A DNA stretch of 64,000 bases from an uncultured bacterium (GTDB taxonomy: Bacteria; Oederibacteriota; PGYV01; CAWJRG01). Where the stretch lies: positions 32,001 to 96,000 of the forward strand of contig CAWJRG010000009.1 in the NCBI GenBank assembly GCA_963845185.1, written 5' to 3'. A program made the translations under genes and the position numbers. Positions 31,957 through 40,739 of the stretch are shown here, piece after piece. Each line of letters starts with the position of its first letter. Positions within the stretch are counted from its first letter, which is position 1. The notes below the pieces were generated by a model. The model was not told the DNA's origin. It saw nothing but the letters and a program-made list of their open reading frames with translations, and ran no database searches.

Positions 31957-34900
31957 ATGAAAATAAAATACAGGGAATTAATAATACCAGCCGCCACACT
32001 GTCCGGCATTATTTCAGTAATTGCTGGATGGCTGTTGCTTTTGAAAAAACAGGTAATAGTCCAGGAGTGGGGAGTTGCTATTACAATACTGGGGGTTATA
32101 CTTTTATTCCTTGTGCTGCCGGAAAACGAAGATAAAAAACAAAAAGATGAGAACGATGTCCTTTTTACGGGGATAGCAGAGGCGTATAAAAAGCTTAAAC
32201 ATCCATTGCTTTATGCAACAGCATTTAAAATTTTACTTTTAACAGCTGCTTTCATATTATTTAAAACGGGCAATAAATTGGCTGCGGGGCCGCAGAGCAT
32301 GGAGGCATTGATTTTTTACTCTCTGGCGCTGATATGCGTATTTTTTGCACTGCCGCTTTTCGAACTTCAAAAAAAATATTACAAAAGCGGATATTTTAAA
32401 ATATTAAGGCTGGGTCTGGTGCTGGTTTCATTTTTTATATCTTACAGCGCACAGCAAATGATGGCTGCTGAAAAACCATATGAGGCAATATTATGGTATT
32501 TAGCAGCCGCTGCAATTTTTATTTTCGCATTCCCTGTGCATGCCGGTGAAAAAGAAAATTTTACCGGGCAGGAAAAAATCCCGTTAAAGTTAGAGATAAT
32601 TTATTTACTGGCAATAATTTTGCTGGGCGCATTTTTAAGGCTTTACGAGCTTGATATCAGGCCTTTCGGGATAGAAAATGATGAAACGGGCGGGTTTATA
32701 GAGCACCTTTTAGGAAAAATGCATGGAAAAATGATTTTTAACGTAGGCAATTACGGCATACAATTTCATATAACAAACTTTTTTGTTGCACTTTTTGGCA
32801 TAAACAGGATAAGCATGAAATTAGTAGGGGTTGTGGCCGGTATTTTAACAATACCCGCGGTTTATTTCATGATAAGGAAAGTAATAAATGCCAGGACCGC
32901 GGTTTTTGTCACGACAATTTTTGCGTTTTTGCGGTGGGACGTGCATTATTCCAGATCCGGCCATGCAACCGCGATATTGCTGCTGGTTGAAGCGCTGGCA
33001 TTATATTTTTTAGCAAGGTCGATTGAAAAAAGGGATAAATCAAGTTATTTCCTTTGCGGGCTTACGATGGGTTTGGGCTGGCACGGGGTGCTTACAGCAT
33101 GGTTTATCTCAATAATCCCTTTTATTTATTGGGGAATCAAATCATTGGCTGAAAAGGGTTTTTTCCGCAAGAACATTATCGGATTTACGGCTTTTATCCT
33201 CGGGTTGTGGATTTTTGGGTCAATGATGCTGCATAATTATTTTTTATCGACTGATATTTATTTTACGAGACTGCATGAGGTCTCGGTTTTCAGCAAAGAC
33301 AACAATGCGCCTGAAAATATAGGCTCGGGCATAATAGACAATGCGGAAAAAGTTCTTCTTATGTTCAATTACAGGGGAGACCAGAGGGAAAGAAACTCGG
33401 GCGGAATGCCTTTTGACCCTACGGTTGATTTTGTAAGCGGAATGTTTTTCGCCTTGGGATTTTTTTATGCTGTTTATTACAGCAGGTACTGGCTGTTTTT
33501 TATTCTTCTTATCATTTTTTTCTCGCAGGCTGCCGGTTCTATTTTTTCCATAGAAGCGCCAAATGCCATGAGGACTTTCGGCATGCTAATACCCGTACTG
33601 GTATTTATCGGCGTTATTTTTGACAGGTTATACACCGCTTTTAAAAGCGTACTGGGACCGAAGCTTGAAAAAGTATTTTACCCGCTTTTACTTGTGATAC
33701 TGTTATTTTTTATTATGAAAGACAATTACAATGAGGTCTTTAACAGGTGGATAACCGGCCTTGACGAACTGCCGACAGCGGCCGGATTATATTCGGAAAA
33801 GCTGGGAAAAACTTACAGGATATTTCTGGACACGTCGCTTTATTACCCCGAACACCCGCCTTACAGATTCTACAGATGGGACTACAAGGTAAACGGCTCG
33901 GACAATGCGCTTGACGGCCTCGAGGATTTGAACGCTATCAATGACGAGAACTTTGCCGTACTGCTTAATTCAGATACGTGGAAAACGCTGCCTTTCTGGC
34001 TGAAAAAATTCCCGGCAGCAAGGCATGAAATCATTGACCACGCATATTTTAATAAAAAAGTCAAAGAAGGCGGAGGGCTGGGGAAATTCTTTGATTCAGT
34101 ACTTGTCGGCAATAATGAGATAAAGGCAATGAAGGGATTAAAAGCCGAGTATTATTATGCCGGAGGCACAAAAGAAACTGCAGAAAATGATTTGCCGGAA
34201 TTTTCGCCGGAAAAAGCAAATAAAATCCCATACAGGGCTGTATGGACAGGCTCAGTCATGTTCCCGTATTATTGCACGGGTTACATGATTAACAGAGGTT
34301 CGGTGCCTGTAAGAATAGCAATAGACGGGCATCCGGTTAAAACAGGAATAAGCATGCGGTATAAATTTGCAAGGGGCAGCCATAAAATACGGATTGAGGC
34401 TCAAAGACGGCTTGAATCAGACACATTGAGGCTTTATATGGAAATTGAAAAAATGCCGGGCTCGAAAATAGAGGGGGCAGGCGTTGCCGATATGGGCAAG
34501 AACACTTTGTACAACTTCAGCGTTGAGGGCCTGCATGGTTATTATTACGATATGACGGGAATGTGGGATAAAAAATCACTTGTCGACGAGGAAATAAACC
34601 CCTGCCTGTGGTTTAATGTAAGAGGCACGGACGACCTGCCTGCCATAAAATGGCAGGGGACAATAAGCATTGATAAGAGCGGGTTATACAGCATTTACGC
34701 GAGCCGCAGAGGATACGTAAGGATAGAAATAGATAACCAGCAATACTGGGACGGCGGCCTTACTGCCGACAACAAGAAACAGATAGACGAATATTTCAAG
34801 AACAGCATGGCGAAAAAGACTGAAAGATTTTATTTGAATAGAGGAAAACACAAAATTCAGGTTTATTCGTACCGTAACGGCCTTGTAAACCTGTTATGGG

Positions 34901-34983
34901 ATGCGGGAGAAGCGGATAAAAGCGATTCGTTCCTGCCTCCTGATATCCTGGAGCCGGACTATCAGATAACGGACTATAAATAG
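31957..34983 (+). CDS. Large GT-C glycosyltransferase with PA14-like domains (paralogue C, shorter N-terminus)
   Basis: RPFGIENDE; same C-terminus as paralogue B (LPPDILEPDYQITDYK); start 31957 or GTG 31927. Confidence 0.8.
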   Translation: MKIKYRELIIPAATLSGIISVIAGWLLLLKKQVIVQEWGVAITILGVILLFLVLPENEDKKQKDENDVLFTGIAEAYKKLKHPLLYATAFKILLLTAAFILFKTGNKLAAGPQSMEALIFYSLALICVFFALPLFELQKKYYKSGYFKILRLGLVLVSFFISYSAQQMMAAEKPYEAILWYLAAAAIFIFAFPVHAGEKENFTGQEKIPLKLEIIYLLAIILLGAFLRLYELDIRPFGIENDETGGFIEHLLGKMHGKMIFNVGNYGIQFHITNFFVALFGINRISMKLVGVVAGILTIPAVYFMIRKVINARTAVFVTTIFAFLRWDVHYSRSGHATAILLLVEALALYFLARSIEKRDKSSYFLCGLTMGLGWHGVLTAWFISIIPFIYWGIKSLAEKGFFRKNIIGFTAFILGLWIFGSMMLHNYFLSTDIYFTRLHEVSVFSKDNNAPENIGSGIIDNAEKVLLMFNYRGDQRERNSGGMPFDPTVDFVSGMFFALGFFYAVYYSRYWLFFILLIIFFSQAAGSIFSIEAPNAMRTFGMLIPVLVFIGVIFDRLYTAFKSVLGPKLEKVFYPLLLVILLFFIMKDNYNEVFNRWITGLDELPTAAGLYSEKLGKTYRIFLDTSLYYPEHPPYRFYRWDYKVNGSDNALDGLEDLNAINDENFAVLLNSDTWKTLPFWLKKFPAARHEIIDHAYFNKKVKEGGGLGKFFDSVLVGNNEIKAMKGLKAEYYYAGGTKETAENDLPEFSPEKANKIPYRAVWTGSVMFPYYCTGYMINRGSVPVRIAIDGHPVKTGISMRYKFARGSHKIRIEAQRRLESDTLRLYMEIEKMPGSKIEGAGVADMGKNTLYNFSVEGLHGYYYDMTGMWDKKSLVDEEINPCLWFNVRGTDDLPAIKWQGTISIDKSGLYSIYASRRGYVRIEIDNQQYWDGGLTADNKKQIDEYFKNSMAKKTERFYLNRGKHKIQVYSYRNGLVNLLWDAGEADKSDSFLPPDILEPDYQITDYK

Positions 34984-35026
34984 CCCGGAGCCGGCTCATG
35001 CATGAAAAACAAAAAGGAGATTTCAA

Positions 35027-35980
35027 TTGAACGAGCCTGTTTCAATAGTAATCATAACATTTAACAGGTATTCCTATTTAATGGACTGCCTTGATTCTGT
35101 GTGCAAATCAGACTATAAAAATATTGAAATAATAATAGTCGACGACAATTCGAATGACGGGACAAAAGGCTTAAACGGGGATAAAATAAAGGAAATATTC
35201 AGCATTCCCGGCACTGCGGTCATTGTGATTCATAACAGCGTAAACCTGAAACTGGCGGAATCCCGCAACATGGCGGCAAAAACAGCAAGGGGGAAATACG
35301 TGATTTTTATTGATGATGACAATATATTCGGGCCCGATATGATAGGAACGCTGGCAGGTTTCGCTGACACGCATCCTGAATTTGGAATAATAGGCCCGAG
35401 CATGTATTACAGCGATGGCGGCAAGCTTTATATGAATTATCAAAAAATAAACCTTTTCACAGGCAGGACGCGCGGCATCAAAAACGAGGGCAGTAAAAGA
35501 GAATATTTCGAAACAGACGGCGTGCCGAACGTATTCCTGGTTAAAAAAGAAGTTTTCAATAAGGCGGGTTATTTTGACACTAAGCTGATGCTGACCTTTA
35601 TAGAGCCGGACCTTGCTTTTAATGCCGCAAAATACGGTTATAAAAGCTGCATGCTGAAAAAAATAAAAACATTCCACAGGATAAATGAACTGGATAATTT
35701 CACGCCCCGCGGCATGAGCGGGCAGGGAAGCCACCATGCGCAAAACGCGTACTGCCTTATCAGGAACAGGATGGTAATTGTTGCAAGGTACGGGAACAAG
35801 CTGCAAAAACCGGTTTACTTTTTATTTTTTTCCTGGCTTTGGCCTTTGCTTTATTCCATTATTATGTTAAAATTCAAAAGGATTTACCTGATTAAGCTTT
35901 ATTGGGCAGGGTATAAAGACGGGATAAGATATTTTTTGACCGGAGAATTAAAAAACAGCGCGACGGAGCTGATAAAATGA
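35027..35980 (+). CDS. GT2 glycosyltransferase (copy 2)
   Basis: Paralogue of 29386..30330 (HPEFGIIGPSMYY, EYFETDGVPNVFL); AGGAGA + TTG. Confidence 0.88.
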   Translation: MNEPVSIVIITFNRYSYLMDCLDSVCKSDYKNIEIIIVDDNSNDGTKGLNGDKIKEIFSIPGTAVIVIHNSVNLKLAESRNMAAKTARGKYVIFIDDDNIFGPDMIGTLAGFADTHPEFGIIGPSMYYSDGGKLYMNYQKINLFTGRTRGIKNEGSKREYFETDGVPNVFLVKKEVFNKAGYFDTKLMLTFIEPDLAFNAAKYGYKSCMLKKIKTFHRINELDNFTPRGMSGQGSHHAQNAYCLIRNRMVIVARYGNKLQKPVYFLFFSWLWPLLYSIIMLKFKRIYLIKLYWAGYKDGIRYFLTGELKNSATELIK

Positions 35981-36936
35981 AAATACTTGTAACCGGCGGG
36001 GCAGGATTTATAGGCAGCCATACGGTAGCTGCGCTTTTAAACAGAGGCGAAGAAGTAATATGCGTGGATAATTTCAATGATTATTATGACCCGCATATAA
36101 AAAAGAAAAACATAGGGCTTTTTCTTAAAAATAAAAATTTTAAATTATATAGGGAAGATATCACTGCATTCAAAAATATTGAAAAAATATTCAAAAAGGA
36201 AAAACCGCGCAAGGTATGCCATCTGGCGGCGAGAGCAGGAGTGCGGGCGAGCATTGAAAATCCTTTCATTTACCAGGAGACGAATGTGAAGGGCACGCTC
36301 AATATGCTCGAGCTTGCGGGAAAATACGGGGTGGAGAATTTTGTGCTTGCTTCATCATCGTCGGTATACGGCAACAGCAAAGAAGTGCCGTTCAGCGAGG
36401 CCCAAAATGTTGACAACCCCATAAGCCCTTATGCTGCAACAAAAAAGGCATGCGAGCTTATGGCTTATGTTTACAGCCATCTATACGGGCTGAACTGCAC
36501 CTGCCTCAGGTTTTTTACGGTATACGGGCCTGCAGGGCGGCCCGACATGGCGCCGTATCTGTTTACGGATGCCGTGTACCGCGGAAGGGAAATAAAAAGG
36601 TTCGGCAAAGGCAATACGAAGCGCGATTATACTTTTGTAAGCGACATAGTATCAGGGATACTTGCCGCCATAGATAAAAACTTAAAATACGAGATAATAA
36701 ATCTTGGCAATAACAAGCCGGTTGAACTCAATTATTTCATTTCTGTCATTGAAAAACTGCTTGATAAAAAAGCCAACATAAAGGAATATCCCAAGCAGGC
36801 GGGTGATGTTGATATCACTTACGCCGACATATCAAAGGCGAAAAGGCTGCTCGGGTACAGCCCGAAAACAAAAATAGAAGAAGGCATGCAAAAATTTATT
36901 GAATGGTATCTTGAGAACACAAAAAAGAGCATATAA
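35977..36936 (+). CDS. NAD-dependent epimerase, UDP-glucuronate 4-epimerase-like
   Basis: TGGAGFIG, HLAARAGVR, YAATKK, LRFFTVYGPAGRPDMA. Confidence 0.9.
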   Translation: MKILVTGGAGFIGSHTVAALLNRGEEVICVDNFNDYYDPHIKKKNIGLFLKNKNFKLYREDITAFKNIEKIFKKEKPRKVCHLAARAGVRASIENPFIYQETNVKGTLNMLELAGKYGVENFVLASSSSVYGNSKEVPFSEAQNVDNPISPYAATKKACELMAYVYSHLYGLNCTCLRFFTVYGPAGRPDMAPYLFTDAVYRGREIKRFGKGNTKRDYTFVSDIVSGILAAIDKNLKYEIINLGNNKPVELNYFISVIEKLLDKKANIKEYPKQAGDVDITYADISKAKRLLGYSPKTKIEEGMQKFIEWYLENTKKSI

Positions 36937-36938
36937 TT

Positions 36939-38783
36939 ATGTGCGGAATACTCGCGGTTGTAAAAAGGGGGAAAGAAGTAAACAAAGAGATTTTTTCAGT
37001 AATGCTGGACACGCTGTCAAAACGCGGGCCCGACAACAAGGGCGTTTATTTTGAAAAAAATCTTGCGCTGGGCCACAGGCGGCTGTCCATAATTGACCTT
37101 TCCGAAGCCGGCAGCCAGCCCATGTGGAACGAGGATAATACAGTTGCGGTCTTATGCAACGGCGAAATATATAATTTTCTCAAACTGGAAGCTGGTTTAA
37201 AACAAAAACATATTTTTAAGGGCAAGTGCGACACAGAGGCACTGGTGCACGCGTACGAAGAATCCGGCCAGAAAATGGTGGAGTCCGTAGAAGGCATGTT
37301 CGCGTACATTGTTTATGATAAAAAAGCCCGCGAACTTGCCATAGCGCGCGATCATTTCGGCAAAAAGCCGCTGTATTATTTCCTGGACAACGATTATTTT
37401 GCAATAGCTTCTGAAATCAAGGCCCTGATAGCCGACCCGGAAATAAAGAAAAGGCTGAAAATTGACACGGCCGAGCTTGCCAAATACCTGTTTTACGGGT
37501 ATATACCGTCCCCCGGTTCCATATTCGATAAAATTAAAAAAGTCGAACCTTCCACAACATTTAAATTTAACATTGAAAAATGGTCAATAACCGGCTATTA
37601 CCGTTATTGGCATCTTGGGACAGCTCCTGCGGAAAAGAACCTTGACGAAAAAGCCGTACTGCAGAGGACAGAAGAGCTCATAAAAGAGGCGGTTAGAAAA
37701 AGGCTGATGTCTGACGTGCCGCTTGGCGTGTTCTTGAGCGGCGGGGTGGACAGCTCGCTCGTCACGGCAATGCTGTCGCAGGTATCGCAAAATGTGAACG
37801 CTTTTACAGTATGTTATAAAAATTCGCCCGAGGCAGACGAATCGGCATATGCGGAGCGCGTGGCGAAAAAACTGGGCGTCAATTACCACCTGTGCTATTT
37901 TGAAGATGCGCTTGTAAAAGAAAACTTCATCGAAATCCTGGATTACCTTGACGAACCAATGGCTGACGCGGCTATCATACCGCTGTATTACGTGGCAAAG
38001 TTCGCGCGGGATAAAATAACAGTTGCCTTGTCCGGCGACGGCGGCGACGAGATATTCGGGGGTTACGGCAAATACCAGGCGCAAAAAGCAATAGAAAACT
38101 ACAGATTGTTCCTGCCTTTTGCCTCGGCGGCAAAATTCCTGCTGCCCAGAGGCAGCTCTTATTATAAGCTCCTGGACTGCGTTAGGCTTCCTTTTGCAGC
38201 GCGGCAGTTTATTTTCGGAAGCGGGTCGCTCCTTGCCGGGGAGGCAGGCAGGCTGTTAAAATCAGGGAGCATTGATATAAACAAGGTTTTTGAAGAGGCA
38301 ATAAAATACGCTGATGAATTCAGGCAAAACGACGTCATTAACAAGGCGCTTTACCTTGACTGTAAAATACAGCTTCCCGACTGGTACCTTGTGAAAGGCG
38401 ACAGGGCAACCATGGCAGTATCGCTTGAAATGAGGAACCCGTTATTGGACAAGTCTCTTGCTGAATACGCGTTTACCCTGCCGGGCTCGTGGAAAATCAG
38501 GGCGGGGCAGACCAAGTATATAACCAAAAAAATCGCTGAAAAATATATTGACAGGGACATACTTTACAGGCAGAAAAGCGGGTTCGGCGTGCCGCTTGAC
38601 AAATGGATAAGAAATGAGTTAAAAGACCTGTTCGGCGAATATTTGCACAAGGACAACGGGTATTTTAACATGGCTTACGTGAAAGAGCTCCACGACGCGC
38701 ATATGTCGGGCAGGGCGGATAACAGGTTCAAGCTGCTGAGGATATTCAGCTTCAATTACTGGAAGGAGAAATATTATGGATAA
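36939..38783 (+). CDS. asnB: AsnB-type glutamine amidotransferase (likely glycan amidation)
   Basis: MCGI, RGPD, LGHRRLSIID, NGEIYN, FLSGGVDSS, LSGDGGDE. Confidence 0.9.
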   Translation: MCGILAVVKRGKEVNKEIFSVMLDTLSKRGPDNKGVYFEKNLALGHRRLSIIDLSEAGSQPMWNEDNTVAVLCNGEIYNFLKLEAGLKQKHIFKGKCDTEALVHAYEESGQKMVESVEGMFAYIVYDKKARELAIARDHFGKKPLYYFLDNDYFAIASEIKALIADPEIKKRLKIDTAELAKYLFYGYIPSPGSIFDKIKKVEPSTTFKFNIEKWSITGYYRYWHLGTAPAEKNLDEKAVLQRTEELIKEAVRKRLMSDVPLGVFLSGGVDSSLVTAMLSQVSQNVNAFTVCYKNSPEADESAYAERVAKKLGVNYHLCYFEDALVKENFIEILDYLDEPMADAAIIPLYYVAKFARDKITVALSGDGGDEIFGGYGKYQAQKAIENYRLFLPFASAAKFLLPRGSSYYKLLDCVRLPFAARQFIFGSGSLLAGEAGRLLKSGSIDINKVFEEAIKYADEFRQNDVINKALYLDCKIQLPDWYLVKGDRATMAVSLEMRNPLLDKSLAEYAFTLPGSWKIRAGQTKYITKKIAEKYIDRDILYRQKSGFGVPLDKWIRNELKDLFGEYLHKDNGYFNMAYVKELHDAHMSGRADNRFKLLRIFSFNYWKEKYYG

Positions 38784-39864
38784 AAAACACCTGGAAAAGA
38801 TTGCATGCATTAAATGCGGCGGTACGCTGGAAAGCAGCTCTGCTGCAGATGAATTAACAAACGGAATAATAAAATGCAGGGATTGCGGCGAAAGTTACCC
38901 GGTAATCAATAATATACCGAGGCTTTTAACCGGCAATTTAATGGCGCGGTGCCTGGCATATTATTACAGGGCCATAAAAAATGAGCCGGAATTAACAAAG
39001 TATTACGATAAATACATGCAGGATAACCAGGGCCTGGCAGGGTCAAAAATAGAAAAATTAAAGGCTGAAACCCAGAAAAGCTTCGGCTACGAGTGGAGAA
39101 TGTGGAAAAAGCTTCCTGATTTTGCGGAAAATCACTTCCTGAAAGTTATGGGAAAAAACGCGGATTTTTTTGCCGGGAAAACGGGTTGGGACCCGGCAAT
39201 AGGCATAGGCAAGGAACTGCAAAATGCATTACTGGCGGTAGGGGAAACCGGGTTCATGACAGGAAGCGATTTGTCTTATTCGGTCGACATAGCCTATGAA
39301 AGGTGCGGAAAAAATAAAAACCTGCTGATAGTGCAGGCTGACCTTTACACTGATTTTATCAGGGACAACAGCCTTGATTTTGTTTACATGGTCGGCCTGA
39401 TACAGCACCTGACCGGGCCTGAAAAAGGCGTCGAGCAGGCTTACAAAAAAGTGAAAAGGGGCGGGTATTTTGTCGGCACAATTTACCAGAAACCGGCAGA
39501 CTTCATAACAAAAATGGTGGTCAACATAATCCTTTTCATGCGGATATTCACCTTAAGGCTGCCTTTGCCTGTTGTTGTCCTGATAAGCCGCATCTGCGCA
39601 ATTCCGGCATATTTATTTTTTAAACTGCCGAATTTTATTCTTAAGAGGACGACTTATGTAAAACAAATGGAAGATTTATACTCTGCGCACCAGACGCAAA
39701 AAAGGAAGCCTGACCTCGACCTGCTTGCCCTGAACTGGTTTGACCACTTTACCGCGCCTGTAATCGGCTTTTACAGCGACGAACAAATAATGGGGATATT
39801 AAAAAACATACAATTAAACGATTTTCAGCTCCAGTACGGGATATTCAGGGGATTTAAAAAATAA
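38776..39864 (+). CDS. Putative methyltransferase with Trm112-like N-terminal Zn-ribbon
   Basis: CIKC..CRDC..YPVINNIPRL; SFGYEW; VQADL; GLIQHL; WFDHF. Confidence 0.7.
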   Translation: MDKKHLEKIACIKCGGTLESSSAADELTNGIIKCRDCGESYPVINNIPRLLTGNLMARCLAYYYRAIKNEPELTKYYDKYMQDNQGLAGSKIEKLKAETQKSFGYEWRMWKKLPDFAENHFLKVMGKNADFFAGKTGWDPAIGIGKELQNALLAVGETGFMTGSDLSYSVDIAYERCGKNKNLLIVQADLYTDFIRDNSLDFVYMVGLIQHLTGPEKGVEQAYKKVKRGGYFVGTIYQKPADFITKMVVNIILFMRIFTLRLPLPVVVLISRICAIPAYLFFKLPNFILKRTTYVKQMEDLYSAHQTQKRKPDLDLLALNWFDHFTAPVIGFYSDEQIMGILKNIQLNDFQLQYGIFRGFKK

Positions 39865-39945
39865 TATGGAAGAATAAATTAAACTGCCCTGCCATGCAAA
39901 AATTTTTTATTGTATGGCTTCTGCCTGCCATTCAGAATAAGAGAA

Positions 39946-39975
39946 CCCTTCAGCCATGTAGGAGAAGGGCTTTTT
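39946..39975 (+). terminator. Possible intrinsic terminator
   Basis: CCCTTC-N12-GAAGGG followed by CTTTTT after the last gene of the glycan cluster. Confidence 0.4.
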
Positions 39976-40310
39976 CATTGTAAGGTCCAGGTTTTTCCTA
40001 TTATACACATAGTTCAAAATACCTTATTTAACTGCATGAAAGCGTAAATTTATCCGGAAAGGCGAGTTTTTTGAAAATTGTAGATATATAAAATAATATC
40101 TATAAAATATGCGCAGTTATTTATCCAACCAGTTGAGAAATCAAATATATCAGAATTCACATTGACAAAACGAATTTTCTGTTGTTGTATATCTAAAACG
40201 CCTTTAAGATGTATGGGCGTTTCAAATAAAGGGGCACATCGCACAGCATCCGAAATGACGCGGGAAAAACACAAAAATAGGAAGTGATTTTATGCATTCA
40301 CTTTTTCTGT

Positions 40311-40413
40311 TAATAGATCGTTTACTTGCCCAAGCCGCCAGCAGGCGCAGGCAAAGTATTACGAGATATTATACCCGCTCAAGTCCGAGGCAACAGCCGA
40401 GGACAAGCGGTAT
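40311..40413. repeat. Two-hairpin intergenic element, copy 1
   Basis: TAATAGATCGT...TTACGAGATATTATACCCGCTCAAGTCC...GGACAAGCGGTAT. Confidence 0.8.
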
Positions 40414-40453
40414 CAAGATATAATGTATGAAACTTACAAAGAGGGGGGTAACA

Positions 40454-40738
40454 ATGCAAAAAAAATTTAAACTTCTGATTTTCTTCATTTTATTATTAAC
40501 TTCTTTATTCACGAGCCGTGTTTCTGCCGGAATACTTACTCCGACTCCTACAGTAACGCCGACACCGCCAGCTGCGGTCACGGCGGCTTCAGCAGCGTTA
40601 CCATTAAATCAATATCCATTCTATCAGTACATAGACAAGCAGGGCAAAAAATGGTACGTAGTAAACGGGAAAAAATATTCTTTTATTGCCGTAACACCTA
40701 CACCTACGCCCGTAATCACGCCTGTGCCGGAGGAATAA
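40454..40738 (+). CDS. Small secreted protein with TP tracts
   Basis: GAGGGGGG RBS, signal peptide ending VSA, TPTPTVTPTP at both ends; stop 1 nt before next start. Confidence 0.7.
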   Translation: MQKKFKLLIFFILLLTSLFTSRVSAGILTPTPTVTPTPPAAVTAASAALPLNQYPFYQYIDKQGKKWYVVNGKKYSFIAVTPTPTPVITPVPEE

Positions 40739-40739
40739 A

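Noticed and set aside
40200..40265. c-di-GMP riboswitch
   Set aside because: Only fragments (GGGCAC, CGAAA) resemble the consensus; the required pairing partners are absent
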